Source: Eledone cirrhosa (taxonomy: Eukaryota). From it: 64,000 nucleotides of DNA. Both the position numbers and the translations under genes were made by a program. Of this stretch, positions 41,938-55,335 are shown in pieces. The stretch spans positions 93,310,001 to 93,374,000 of the forward strand of contig OZ024744.1 in NCBI GenBank assembly GCA_964016885.1, read 5' to 3'. The first letter of the stretch is position 1; the number at the start of each line of letters is the position of its first letter. The notes beneath the pieces were generated by a model, which did not search any database, was not told the DNA's origin, and worked only from the letters and a program-made list of their open reading frames with translations.

Positions 41938-42008
41938 TATTTTATTATGCGCATTTCAAAAACAAATATTATCATGCAATAACATTTGTGTTTTCATCAG
42001 ATAAAATA
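41938..42008 (-). ncRNA. Type I hammerhead ribozyme (mirror copy in palindrome)
   Basis: Reverse complement of 42127-42197. Confidence 0.8.
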
Positions 42009-42126
42009 GGAAGACATGATATGAAGGTTAAAACACTTGTGGATAGTGCAGTTTTAAATCAACATATCATGTTGATTTAAAACTGCACTATCCACAAGTG
42101 TTTTTAACCTTCATATCATGTCTTCC

Positions 42127-42197
42127 TATTTTATCTGATGAAAACACAAATGTTATTGCATGATAATATTTGTTTTTGAAATGCGCATAATAAAATA
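42127..42197 (+). ncRNA. Type I hammerhead ribozyme
   Basis: TATTTTAT-CTGATGA-long stem II-GAAA-TGCGCA-TA-ATAAAATA; 8-bp stem I, palindromic stem III. Confidence 0.82.
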
Positions 42198-42230
42198 ATA
42201 CATGGAACTCATTTAACCATCTTTTGATCT

Positions 42231-42287
<57 letters not shown>

Positions 42288-42459
42288 AATATAATATGTT
42301 GAGAAGGTAACACACCAGAGAGAGATATATAGTGCGTTATCAATAATACAGGGAAAAAACCACCAGTGTATGGAATCTATAACCTATGAAAGGCAGACTA
42401 TAGACACGATAATTAAAAATATAAATTAAAGCGTAAATAAATACCTCTATAACTATATA

Positions 42460-42540
42460 ACACACGTACAAATCCAAAGATATGTTTCACCAGAAAAATT
42501 GTTGAAAGAAATGGTCTGGTCTCGGTTCATCAGCGTGTGT
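42460..42540 (-). ncRNA. Type I hammerhead ribozyme
   Basis: ACACACG-CTGATGA-ACC...GGT-GAAA-CATATC(TTTG)GATTTG-TA-CGTGTGT. Confidence 0.8.
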
Positions 42541-42854
42541 AAGGCCATACATTTCAGACAACACTAAGAGAATTTTACAATTGACTGTCCAGCTACACGT
42601 GGGAGAGAGAAGTCACAGCGTGTTTAAGGGCAGTGAACCAGTGGCCTCTGGGAGACGAACTGCTAGAAAGGGCAGCCCAAAGCCACTCAGAGAAGAGTGC
42701 TCAACCAAACAGAGATAGGAAAGGCTGTTGTTAGGAGCGAAATATCACGATAAATTAACGGAGGCATAGGCCGTCGTTATTCCCTGTAAATAATGTGCTC
42801 AAAGGGGAAGAGATCCTGAGCCCTTTAGAATATAATATGTTGAAATGTAGAAAT

Positions 42855-43038
42855 GAGGTCCCTATCATTCCACTGCAAAGTGGACGTGTAGGCGCCACGG
42901 AAAAAAAGCACCCAGCACCCACTGTAAATGAGGTTGGTGTTAGGAAGAGCATCCAGCTGTAGAAATCAAGCCAGAATCAGTTCCCGACCCACCCTTGCAA
43001 GCAGGGAAAAGCGGACGTAAAATGATGATGATGATGAT
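42855..43038 (+). mobile_element. 5'-truncated CORE-SINE/RTE tail
   Basis: Matches the 3' half of the 22933 element; (GAT)n tail. Confidence 0.8.
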
Positions 43039-43283
43039 ATAATTCTTTTATTTTTGTTATTAGTTTTTTTTTCTTTATATTGAACTTGAACTTTCTTATC
43101 AAATAAGCGCACTCTGTTATAGGGTCTCTTAACTCCTGATGGAAGCATAGGAATGCTATAGTAATATATGACTTGCTTTGAGCATTATTTAGACAAGGCA
43201 AAACCAACCCCTTTCCAGATCTGAACACAACCAGTTTCTTCCAGAGAGAGAGGGAACAAGAGAGAGAGAGAGAGAGAGAGAGA

Positions 43284-43390
<107 letters not shown>

Positions 43391-45570
43391 CAAGGAAGAA
43401 TTAACTCCTGTACCTAACTGGTACTTTATTTATTGTCCTCCTCAAAATGACGAAAGCCAAAGTTAACCTTGGCAGGATTTGAACTCAGATTGCAGAAAAC
43501 TGGAATGATTGCTGTGAAATATTCTATCCAACTTTCTAATGACTGTGTCAGTTCCTCACCTACTCTATTATAGAACTCAATTGAATGTTATTACAAGTTT
43601 AATAAGTCCTTTACAAAAAAAAAAAAAAAAAAAAAATTAATCCCTTCAGTATATTCACAAGTGATCTCCCCTTAACTTAAAAAGAATTGGGGGAGGAAAA
43701 ACATTTCTTTTTTTCTCCTCCAAGATGTTCAGTGTGCGAAATAGGAAAAAAATGAACTTCCTTTTGTGACCAAACCACATCTTTTAGTTTAAGATGGTAA
43801 AATATTTATCTGTGTCTGGCTTCAGTTACACAAATATTTTGTGTTTCTTAAAAACAATTGTTTCTACTTTTGGCACAAGGCCAGAAATTAGCCAGTGCAT
43901 TACTGGTACTTTATTTTATCGACCCCCGTAAGGATGAAAGGCAAAGTTAACCTCGGCGGGATTTGAACTCAGAATGGCAAGAGCCATAACTCTATGCATC
44001 AAAGCATGGTGTCTGACCCTCTACCGATACTGTCAATCCACCGCCCTAAAATACTAGTAACATGGATTGCCAAATTGCCAAGGGTTATATATTTATAACA
44101 ATTGGCGAATTGGAAGAGTTGTTAGAATGGCAGATAGAATGTTTTGCAGTATTTGTTTTGGCTTTCTACTCTCTGAGTTCCAACTCTGCTCTGGTTGACT
44201 TTGGCTTTCATTCATTCAAGGTCGATAAAGAAAAGTACCAGTCCAGTACTGGGATTGATTCTGTCTCTGTATCTCTTTTATTTCCATTCACTTACTCACT
44301 ATCCTCTGGAAGAAATCTGCTGTATTCAGATCTGGAGAGGAGATGGGCTCCACCAGGTTTAGAAAATGCCCTAGAAATTCCCTCATATATTTGTAACACA
44401 ACATTAATTGGGTATGAATTGTAATTACAAAAGAGTGAACCCTTGATATGTTAAGATTACTTAAAATACATGTCAACTAAGCATATGTTTTCATTGGTAC
44501 TCAGACGAGTCATAGGTGCCTAATGAAAGCATATACTTAGTTACTATGTATTTTAAGTAATAATGCCAACACAAGAGCAAGAATGAAGGGTTCATTCTAA
44601 TGACAAGGCTTATAAAAGAGAGTGTTTGCATAATTGTGAATCGAATATCATTATTAATATTTGAAAACTCAGATTATGTTTATTGTATTCAACCATGTAG
44701 GCGATAACTATTTGTTAGTTATATATATATATATATGTATAAATATATATATATAGTGAAAAAAAGTGTGGACATTAGAAAGTGTTCTGTACAGATCACG
44801 TTATATAAGGAAAAAGATTTTTAAAAAGTGTTTGAAAGATGTACAAAAATTCATTGACAAAAAACAGTTTAACCTAATAACAAATGTTTTGATATTCCAA
44901 AACAGAGAAAGCAGGCTTTCTTAACATCAATTTTTGTACATGTTATAAAGATCCTTTTTATATATATACCAGGGTATGCTTTCCAAACCCTTTTCTTTTA
45001 TATATATATATATATATATATACGTCCCACCCTTGCAAGCAGGGAAAAAGCGGACGTAAAATGAAATGATGATGATGATATATATATATATATGTGTTAA
45101 TTCAAGTGAAAAACCAAAGGTGATACTTCAAATCAATTTTATGAAGTGTAGAGGTTAATAAAACGATTTGAAGTATCCACATCTAAAATTATTATGCTCT
45201 GTATTTTTGTCCATAAGCAATTAATACATTGAGCTTTCTTGCATTTGGAAAAGAATGAGTGATATTCCCACTCCTAGTCTCCTATTCATCTTTTATTTAT
45301 ATACACAATAGAGTTCTTGTCCTTTCAGCAGCTAGTTCCAGACCAGCTCCAGTCTGCAACTAGCAGTTGAAAGGGCAAGAGCTCATCTGTCAGGCCCCCA
45401 CTCTTTCTAATATAGTCATACTCTACTATCCCACGTATCAAGTACTCTGTTGAGTATTGGTCTAACTAGTTTAAAACTGGTTCTATCCTGATATATATTT
45501 ATATATATATATATCGTTTCTGAATTTGTTTAGCAAGATTCTTTATCTGAAAACGTGTGTTGAAACCGAT

Positions 45571-47104
45571 ATTGTTATACTTTGGGAGGGTTATGTTGCC
45601 AATAAGAAACACCCCCACTAGAGAACAGTCAGGAATTAGAGAAAAACACAATGGAAAGCATCCAGCAAATAGCTAACCCCATCCACCAGAGTATTAGAGT
45701 TACTATAGACTACCCCAGCAAACACCCCAACCATCGATTACCTGTACTAGACACAGAGCTCTGGTTAGATACCATTAATAACAAAAAACAAATCCTCCAT
45801 TCCCATTATGCCAAACTCATGACTTCCAAATATCTGATCCACCGAAACTCAGCTGTTTCGGACCATACCAAAATCAACATACTGATTGCGGATTTGGTAC
45901 GGGTGATGAGAAACGTGTCCCGCATGTGCAACCCCAAAGAACTAGAGAGACACATACAACACTTCATCCACCGTATGCAGTTTTCTGGTTACAATCAGAG
46001 AGATAAAATCAGAGTATATAGAGGAGCCAGAACCAAATGGGAAAAAATGGTAAATAATGACACAAATTTGACCTGCCCCTTGTATAGGAGAAAATTTTGG
46101 AATAGAGTAGAAAGAACTAGGAATAAGGCTAATAGAATAAACTCATGGTATGATAACAATAAATACCAGAGTGTAATGTTCATCGATACAACCCCTAGAG
46201 GTGAATTAGCTTACAAATTTAGAAGGGCACTAGATAAACATAAACTCAATATTAAGATAGTAGAAAGACCAGGTACCTCCATAAAAAACACTTTTTAGCA
46301 ATACATACCCTTTTCAAAGACCTCCCTGTATAGATAAGAAATGTATAATCTGTAAATTAAGCCCCCATATTAACTGTAAAACTAGAAATGTAGTATATAG
46401 CATAAGATGTACTGAAGGACAATGTAGAGATAAAAATATAGTGTACATAGGTAAGACAGCTCGTAGTATAGGGGAACGGATAAATGAACACTGGCGAGAC
46501 CTTCAAGATAGTAAAGAATCATCTGTACTCTACCATCATGCTAAAATAGAACATAAGGGTAAATTAGAGAACATAGAAATAAAAATAGAATCTACACACA
46601 GAAAAGACGCAATGTTTAGACAAATCACAGAGGCAATAAACATAAATGAACTCCAACCAAAATTAAATAGAAAACATGAATGGAACAGCAACATCACAAC
46701 TTACAATTAAGGACAAAATGAAAACACACACGCATATAGAACAAACAACCAACCAGTAACATGCAAATAAACAAATAAATAAACGAATATAAACACACAC
46801 GGACACCCGGATGTAACACATACGCAAACTAAGCACACAACACACACAAAAACAAGTTGGCGTAGGACAGAACAAAGGAGAGGCACAAAAACAAAGAAAA
46901 GAATCCCCAGTCACTGAAGAGGTCACAGAATGTGTGACGAAAGAACTTTGACAATATATAAACAATCATCTGGTAGTGGAACCAACCAACCAACTGGAAA
47001 TTTATAAATTCCTAAATTTATAAATTTATTATAATAAATTGAAATGAAAGCAACTGGTGCGTGTATTTCTTATTGGCAACATGACCCTCCCAAAGTATAA
47101 CAAT
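45571..47104 (+). mobile_element. 5'-truncated Penelope-like element (different type from the Naiad-like copies) with inverted terminal repeat
   Basis: IDYPS...LPVLD, SGY, C...NVVYSIRC...YIGKTARSIGERINEH (GIY-YIG), P.LN; ATTGTTATACTTTGGGAGGG...AATAAGAAA at 45571 is inverted at 47068-47104. Confidence 0.9.
46910..46952 (+). ncRNA. Hammerhead motif in PLE 3' UTR
   Basis: GTCA-CTGAAGA-G-GTCACA(GAATG)TGTGAC-GAAA-GAAC-TT-TGAC. Confidence 0.6.
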
Positions 47105-47124
47105 ATATATATATATATATATAT

Positions 47125-48114
47125 ATCATCATCATCATCATCATCATCGTTTAACGTCCATCTTCCACGCTTGCATGGGTTTGGACGGGAATTTTCCCAC
47201 TTTAGGCAAGATTGGTTGATTTGCTAGTATAGGACTGTCTGGTAGGTTTTCTACGGCTGGAGGCCCTTCCTAACACGTTTACAGTGTGGACGGGGAGGTT
47301 TTTACCGTGTTACCTCCATGGCCACATTACAGCGTGGACTGTGTGTTTTTTTGTTGTGACACCTACACGACCTCATTTGTTTCGGCCTGGATGTTGTGGT
47401 ACCAACATAACTTTACATCGAAAGGGGTGAAGTGGATGGGGTGGGGGTAGTGGGACGGGGGGTGTATTTTTGTTAGAGGTGCCTACTGACTGTAGGTTTC
47501 GCTTTGTACTTAGGCAAGGCGGATCTTCTGTATTACTGTGTAGCGCCAAAGATCTCGGTCCAGTGACATTGTCTTGGAGAGGTGTAAGTGTGTGAGGTCG
47601 GAATTTATCAAGTCGTCCCAGGTTTTTCTGGGTCTGCCTACTCCGTGGCTACCATCTATTTTTATCGCCCTGCACATTTTTATACAGCTGTCGTCTTTCA
47701 TGCGCATCACGTGACCATACAACGTAGTCTTCCCTCGAGTAAACAACATCTGATCCCTCTTATTCCTAATTTCTCCCTTAGTTCATTTATGCTTTGCCGT
47801 TCACGTATTACACATCCAACGGAGCATGCAAGCTTCGTTCCTCTCCAGTCTGCGTATATCCTCTGCACACAATGCCCAAGTCTCACTGCCATGTAACATT
47901 GCTATTCGTATGCAGGCATCATACAGCCTGCCTTTCATTTTTAGAGAGAACCCTTTAGCGGCCAATAGTGGTATAAGCTCTCTGAACTTTTTCCATGCCG
48001 TTCTGACTCTAGCTACTGTACTTTCAGAGCACCCTCCCGCACTGCTGATTTTGTCACCCAGGTAACGGAAGGTGTCCACTATTTCTATAGATCCATCTGT
48101 GCAATGGAATGAGC
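47125..48114 (-). mobile_element. RTE LINE 3' fragment
   Basis: FRYLGDKISS...LHGSETW...GRPRKTW; 3' UTR and tail abut (TA)n. Confidence 0.92.
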
Positions 48115-48115
48115 T

Positions 48116-48581
48116 CATCATCATCATCATCATCATCACCGTTTTACGTCCGTTCTTCCACGCTAGCATGGGTTAGACGGGTTGTCCTGTTGTGGGCAGT
48201 GTCTGGTCGGCTGACCATGCCTTGCTCATACAGGAACTGATCTGGCTTGATTTCTACAGCTGGATGCCCTTCCTAACACCAACCTCATTTACAGTGAGTG
48301 CTGGGTGCTTTTTCGTGGCGCCTACACGTCCACTTTACAGTGTGGGCTGGGTGCTTTTTTGCCGTGGCACCTCCACGACCACGTTGCGGTGGGGGGGGGG
48401 GGGGTATATTGTTTATATGCTTCAGCATGTACCCATGGGAGGTGTCATTGACTTTGAGAGGTGTAGTTGGGTAAGGTCGGCTTTTATCACCTCATCCCAA
48501 GTCATCTTGGGTCTCCCCACTCCGCGGTTTCCATCAACTTCTAGTGCTCTGCACCTTTTTATGCAGCTGTCATCCTTCATA

Positions 48582-48586
<5 letters not shown>
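48116..48586 (-). mobile_element. RTE LINE (second subfamily) 3' end
   Basis: MKDDSCIKRCRAL.V.G..GVGRP..TW; tail shared with the CORE-SINE. Confidence 0.8.
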
Positions 48587-48651
<65 letters not shown>

Positions 48652-48659
48652 TATATATT

Positions 48660-49318
48660 ATTTTCCCATTAATTTCTCTATTTTCATTTATATATTTAAA
48701 CTCAGAATTTTTCCTTGAGTGCTTAAAATTATTTGTGACTAATCCCGTTTTTTTTTTTTTAAACTGCGATAATATTGCTTCATGCTGAACTCCGTATTTT
48801 TTGTTGAGTTTTTTTGGAATGTTTTGACTGCTGTTTCTTGTAAACAGACTCTTGTCTCATTCCGGCATCACTAGCCGATCACCACGTGTGTTTTTATTAT
48901 TTCAATTCCACACGATGTTTGACTTGCCTGCTTTTAAATTCCCTTCTGGCATATTTTAGCAGTGTGAATTAGTTAACGTGTTGAGCACTACTGATGAACG
49001 GTTCCAACCGTGACTAACCCCACTGAAAAGTTTCGTGAAATAGTCTTTTTAAGACTATATAGTGCATTTGTAGATTTTCCCAAATTGACGGATAAGTATT
49101 TTTTCTTGATTTTATTTTGAGTTAAGATTCTATTAGTTTTTTCCCCAGATTACACAAAGTCTGAGGATAACATTTTTCTTCTTGACTTGTTTTGAATTAA
49201 GATTATTTTCCCATATCTTATGTTAAATATTTTTCATCTTGATGTTATAGTCACTTATATGTCTGAATTACTGTCGGCTTCTTGCTTACATTAATTTCTC
49301 TATTTTCATTTATATATA
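48660..49318 (+). mobile_element. ORF-less hammerhead-bearing element in (TA)n (solo pLTR or retrozyme-like)
   Basis: Direct terminal repeat CATTAATTTCTCTATTTTCATTTATAT at both ends; homologous to 60004-60570. Confidence 0.7.
48985..49065 (+). ncRNA. Type I hammerhead ribozyme
   Basis: GCACTA-CTGATGA-ACG...CGT-GAAA-TAGTCTT(TTT)AAGACTA-TA-TAGTGC. Confidence 0.88.
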
Positions 49319-49328
49319 TATATATAAA

Positions 49329-49605
49329 GTCTAAAGTCTGTCTTAAGCCAGAAGGCTCATTTGGTCAGTGCTTATCCCAATTTCATGGCGTGAAGCAACT
49401 GAGAGTACAGCATTCCCCCCTGGACAGGACGCCAGTCTATCGCAGGTTTAAACTCCCAGCTATTATTGATACTCATTTCCAGCTGAGTATACTGGAGCAT
49501 TGTGAAATGAAGTGTTTTGCTGAAGAACATAACACACAACCCAGGAATCAAACCCACAACATTATGATAAGTCCAACACTCTAACCACTGGGCCACGTGC
49601 CTCCA
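49329..49605 (-). mobile_element. tRNA-derived Nin/Deu-domain SINE
   Basis: Head TGGCCCAGTGGTTAGAG and CCCCCCTGGACAGGACGCCAGTCTATCGCAGG domain. Confidence 0.7.
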
Positions 49606-49630
49606 CTATATATATATATATATATATATA

Positions 49631-50230
49631 TCATCATCATCATCATCATCATCATCGTTTAACGTCCGTGTTCCATGCTTGCATGGGTTTGGACGGAGGG
49701 TTTTCCCACTTGAGGCAAGAGGGGTTATCTTGCTCGCATAGTACTATCTGGCGGGTTTTCTACAGCTGGATGCCCTTCCTAACACCAGCCACATTTACAG
49801 TGTGGGGCTGGGAGGTTTTTACCGTGTTGTCTACACGGCCACATTACAGCGTGAACTGTGTGTTTTTTTGTCGTGACACCTACACGATCTCATTTGTTTC
49901 GGCCTGGATGTTGTGGCACCAACATAACTTTACATTGAAAGGGGCGGTGTGGATGGGGTGGAGGTGGTGGGACGGGGGTGTGTTTTGATAGAGATGCCTA
50001 CTGACTGTAGTAGGTTTTTACTTTGTATTTAGGTAAGGCGGGTCTTCTCTATTACTGAGTACCGCCAAAGGTCTCGGTCCAGTGACATTGTCTTGGTGAG
50101 GTGTAAGTGTGTGAGGTCGGAATTTATTAGCTCGTCCCAGGTTTTTCTGGGTCTGCCTATTCCGTGGCTACCGTCTATCTTTATTGCCCTGCACTTTGTT
50201 ATACAGCTATCGTCCTTCATGCGCATCATG
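49631..50230 (-). mobile_element. RTE LINE 3' end in (TA)n
   Basis: MRMKDDSCITKCRAIKIDG...EKTRLT; 3' UTR; (GAT)n tail. Confidence 0.92.
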
Positions 50231-50622
50231 TGTATATATATATATATATATACATGTACACACACAAACACACATATATATATATATGTATGTATATATA
50301 TATGTGTATATATATATGTATATATATATATAAAGAATGAATAATAACAGGTAGACATCATAAAAAGGTAGTTTATTCCGTGTGCTTACAAGTGTTTCCA
50401 CGGTGGTGCTGCAGCCTAGTTCCGCTACGTGCATATATATATATACACACACACACACATATATATATATCCAGGGAGTGTAACTTGGAGTTACTGTAGG
50501 TTCACCTGGGTGAGCACTCGATGTTTAGGTTCACTTCAGTGTCGAGGTGTAGAGCTAGACAGTGTATTATATTGAAAAGATAACAAGGAAGATTGGTTAC
50601 TCCTTCATTACATTTATTGGTT

Positions 50623-50706
50623 GGTGACGCGCGTTTCGACACTGATCAGTTCAAGGTTTGATCTGTATCAATCTGACCCGACTGTATCAATCTGTATCGT
50701 CAGACC
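50623..50706 (-). ncRNA. Type I hammerhead ribozyme with palindromic stem III
   Basis: GGT-CTGACGA-long stem II-GAAA-CGCGCG-TC-ACC. Confidence 0.75.
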
Positions 50707-50940
50707 CCTTGTAATGGTAATGGATCAGATCGATACAGATCGAACCTTGAGCTGATCAGTGTCGAAACGCGCGTCACCAACCAATAAACGTAATGAAGGA
50801 GTAACCAATCGTCCTTGTTATCTTTTCAATATAATACACTGTCTAGCTCTACACCTCGACACTGAAGTGAACCTAAACATCGAGTGCTCACCCAGGTGAA
50901 CCTACAGTAACTCCAAGTTACACTCCCTGGATATATATAT

Positions 50941-51990
50941 AGAAAAGATAAATATAAAATGAAAGTGCTTTTTTTTAAAAAGGAATTTATTAGGTATTGA
51001 CATATGTTTCTGTAACAGACGGAATACCTATGTATCGCTGCTTGCGTAATCATATAATGTTAACAAGTATTCGATAGCAAATGTATAATCAGTTGTCACT
51101 TCTTCAGTGATATTGGATAAATTGGAAAAAATCAGAAAAATTGAAGTATTTATATTAGTTGCAATAAAGGAAGAAGAGAGGAGATAGTATATGACAGATG
51201 GCAATTCAATTTACTGGTAAACAAGTATATAAAGGGTTTCTAATGAGAATACAATGAGTATATGGTTTATTTTATCTAAATAAGAATTTTTGGGAGTGCC
51301 TATTTTAATCTATACTTGACCAATTGAACAATGGACAGGGCTGGTCGTTTGGTGTAGTAGTATTAATTATAAAGTGTCAATTAAGGAAGAGGGAGATTTT
51401 CGCTGCTACTGAATAACAACAATGTTGGTAGCTTGCTGGTATATGCATTAGGGAATTGAATTAAGAAATCTCATTTTATCTATAGCAGTTTATATTAAAT
51501 GGTAAAGAATAGAAAAGTTGATAGAATTAAGACTAATAGAGAATGTTAATATGTATTTTGGCAATCAAATGGAGATGGAGACAGGCGTTCAATCCTGGTA
51601 GTGTTTGTAATATGAAAATGTAAATTTTTAGCGATGGTTACAGTATAACGATCGCTCTATTCTGTTATTTAATAAAATATTTTTGGATTTCATAATACAA
51701 AATAATTCCATATTACACAATTTACAAAATTCTTGTCCGTGGGATAATGGAGGGGCACACTATTATATCCCATTTTAGGTTAAATTGTTGGTTATTTTCG
51801 CGCAGCTGCCAAGCCTTGTCTGCGAGTGTTGTTACCCTTTATATACTTGTTTACCAGTAAATTGAATTGTTAACATTATATGATTACACAAGCAGCGATA
51901 CATAGGTATTCCGTCTGTTACAGAAACATGTCAATACCTAATAAATTCCTTTTAAAAAAAAAGCACTTTCATTTTATATTCATCTTTTCT
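50941..51990 (-). mobile_element. Severely truncated Naiad-like PLE with inverted 5' pLTR copy
   Basis: About 51830-51625 reads TTLADKAWQLRENNQQFNLKWDII / CKLCNMELFCI...LLNNR....CNHR; 50941-51066 is inverted at 51868-51990. Confidence 0.8.
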
Positions 51991-52092
51991 ACATTTTCTC
52001 CGGAATATAATTTATACTCGTTGAGCAAACCTACACGTACGCTGTTCATCTCTAACGTGACGATATATTATCACTACATTATTGATAACCTG

Positions 52093-52139
<47 letters not shown>

Positions 52140-52152
52140 TTGTTATCTTATT

Positions 52153-52194
<42 letters not shown>

Positions 52195-52801
52195 CATATA
52201 TATATTAAAAGCACTCACTGTAGGTTGAATGTAGAGTTTATATATATATATAACAAAGGAGGTGTGGTAAGGAACCAGATAGACCATAATGCACCAGAGT
52301 ACTCAATACTTAGGGTAGTAGATTGGGTAATAGGAAAATGTTTAACCCCGACGGCAGAGCTCAAACGTCGGGGTTAAACATTTTCCTATATATATATATA
52401 CATTCAACGTACAGTGAGTGCTTTTAATTTTGAGATATAAAAGGAAATTCAGTGTGACCTTTTCAATTACTAGTACACTCCATGTTGTATTTTAGTGTAT
52501 GTGGCTGAGTATTTCCTATATATATGTATCCTTAATGTAATTCTCAGAAATTTGGCATAACACACTGCGTGGCAAGGCTGGCGCTTTCATTTACAGACAT
52601 AGTCCACCCTCAAGATATGGGTCCACTGACAAGATATGGGTATATATGGTAAATGACACTTGTCTAAGATGCCACACAATGGGATTGAACCAGAGATTTA
52701 TTGATTGCAAAGTTAACTTCATAACCATTTAGCTATGCTGTGTCTATTAAGCCACCAACCCAGACTTTCGAAATAACCACTTTGTCATGATGTCGACTTA
52801 C

Positions 52802-52867
52802 CTCAAAGTTTTTCAAAATCTCCCTTAATTCTCCAGATTCATTTAAAACTTCTAGGGTTTCTGCCGT
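52802..52867 (-). CDS. GRXCR1: Penultimate 66-bp coding exon of the GRXCR1-like gene
   Basis: tttttCAG acceptor, TAETLEVLNESGELREILKNFE, GTAAGT donor. Phase 0/0 joins in frame to the 36407 exon, and the NESGEL motif is typical of GRXCR. The upstream glutaredoxin exon was not found in the window. Confidence 0.9.
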
Positions 52868-52950
52868 CTGAAAAATATTGGACAAATATAAAGGAACATG
52901 TTATAAATAATGTTTTATATTCTTTCTGGGTTTTTTTTTTTCAATAACTC

Positions 52951-53550
52951 AAAGGGTTGAGAAGACCCTTCACTTGTGTCAAGGACATGACAATCTTCCT
53001 AGTGTTGGTGATCTACATGGTAAAAGCACCCAGTATACACATACACTGTAAATTGGTTGATGATAGAAAGGGCATCCAGCCATAGAAAGCTTGCCAAAGG
53101 GTTGGAAGGACCCTTTAGTTATGCCCAAGACATAACAATCTCCTTAATATTGGTGATCTACATGATAAAAGCACCCAGTACATGCTATAAAGGGGTTGGT
53201 GTTAGGAAGGGTATCCAGCTGTAGAAAGCATGCCTAACAAAAGGTTGGGCGGACCCTTCAGTTGTGTTAAAGACATGACAATCGCCCTAGTGTTAGTGAT
53301 CTACATGGTAAAAGCACCCAGTACATGCTGTAAATTGGTTGAGGATAGGAAGGGCATCCAGCCATAGAAAGATTGCCAAACAAAGGGTTGGAAGGATCCT
53401 TCAGTTATGTCAAAGACGTGATAACCTCTCTAGTGCTGGTGATCTAGATCATAAATAACACACAGTACATATTGTAGTCTGGTTGGTAATAGGAAAAGCA
53501 TCTAACTGTCAATGTGGTTGGCTTTAGGAAGGGCATCCAGCCGAAGAAAA
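52951..53550 (+). repeat. Four tandem units (about 145 bp) derived from the RTE/SINE tail
   Basis: AAAGGGTTGGAAGGACCCTT...AAAAGCACCCAGTA...GGAAGGGCATCCAGC repeated. Confidence 0.8.
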
Positions 53551-53589
53551 CCAGCTAAAGTTTGGAAGAAACAATTGTCAGCGATTAAA

Positions 53590-55266
53590 TGTCTTGCTCA
53601 TATATGACTGATTCTGACTTGATTTCTACAGCTGGATGACCTTCCTAACACCAACCTCATTTATAGTGAGTGCTGGGTGCCTTTTTTCCGTCGTGCCTAC
53701 ACGTCCACTTTACAGTGTGGGCTGGGTGCTTTTTTGCGTGGCACCTCCACGACCACTTTGCAGTGGGTGGGGTGGGGGGATATTGTCTATATGCTTTAGC
53801 TTCGGCTTGTACCCATGGGAAGTCGGGTCTTCTGTATTACTGTGTGATGCCAGAGGTCGTGTGTCATCGCCTTTGAGAGGTGCAATTGGTTAAGGTCGGC
53901 TTTTATTACCTCATCCCAGGTCTTCTTGGGTCTCCCCACTCCGTGGCTTCCATCGACTTCTAGTGCTCTGCACCTTTTTATGCAGCTGTCATCCTTCATA
54001 CGCATCATATGTCCATACTAATGCAACCACCTCTCCTGCACACAGCATTTGATTCCTCTTATGCTCAGTCTCTCTCTCAATTCGTTTATGCTTTGCCATT
54101 CACGTATATTACTATTACACATCCATCGGAGCATGCAGGCTTTGTTTCTTTCCAATCTACGCAAGTCTTCTATAGACAGCGCCCAGGTCTCACTACCATG
54201 TAACATTGCTATTCGTATACACGTATAATACAGTCTGCCTTTCATTTTGAGGGAAAAGCCTTTTGTAGCTAGCAGTGGCAGTAGCTCCCTGAACTTCTTC
54301 CATCCCATTCTTACCCTAGTTATTGTACTTTCTGAACACCCACCTCCGCTGCTAATTCAGTCACCTAGGTAGCAGAAGCTGTCTACTGTTTCTACAGAGC
54401 CCTCCCACAGTTTGGTGGTACCTGTTTCCTGTGGCTGTTTGCTGCTTGCTGTCCCAGTGCTGCTGCTACATATGAAGCCTACATTCTTAATTAAGCTTCC
54501 TGAGATCCCACTACATCTCTTGTGTACCCATTGTTTGCATTTGGGGCAGAGGATGAAGTTCCTACCTACACCTTTCCTACATACTGAGCAAGGCCACTTC
54601 CCTGAGGGGATCTGGGTTCTGTTTTCTCGTCTACTTACGAGGACCTTAGTCTTTGTCAGGTTGACTTTGAGACCCTTTCTTTCTAGTCCCTGCTTCCATA
54701 TTTGGAATTTCTTTTCTAGTTCTACCATAGATTCAGCTATAAGTGTGAGGTCATCTGCATACAGGAGTTCCCATGGGCATCCGGTCTTAAACTCCGCCGT
54801 TATTGCCTGCAGGACTATGATGAACAGGAGGGGGCTAAGAACAGAACCCTGGTGGACACCGACCTGTATGCTAAATTCCTCACTAGTGTCATTGCTAATC
54901 CTAACTTTGCTGACTGCTCCCCTATACAAGGCTTGTACAGCTTTCACAAGCCATTCATCTACTCCTAGTTTTCTAAGAGCCCACCAGATTATAGCACGGG
55001 GACTCTGTTGAAGGCTTTTTCCAGATCGACAAATGCAGCTTACTTTTAACTAGGTACTTTTCCGGTAAATGCCTCACACGGAAGAGGGCATCAGTGGTGC
55101 CTTTTCCTGGCACAAACCCAAATTGCATCTCATCTAGTTTTACTCGATCCCTAATCAACTGTGCTATAACTCTTTCTCTTACTTTCATGACCTGGTTCAT
55201 CAGCTTTATACCTCTATAGTTTCCTCTATCTAGTGCATCACCTTTACCCTTGTGCTGCTGCACCAA
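53590..55266 (-). mobile_element. Decayed RTE LINE (second subfamily)
   Basis: KGKGD....NYRGI, QFGF, QGSVLSP, YADD, PHD-like insert; frameshifts. Confidence 0.93.
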
Positions 55267-55267
55267 T

Positions 55268-55329
<62 letters not shown>

Positions 55330-55335
<6 letters not shown>

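Noticed and set aside
44455-44560. Imperfect hairpin as a ribozyme or pre-miRNA
   Set aside because: No CTGANGA core on either strand and no evidence for a miRNA.
50990-51110. HHR in the truncated PLE 3' end
   Set aside because: GAAACATATGTC is present, but I could not combine CTGAAGA with a consistent stem I.
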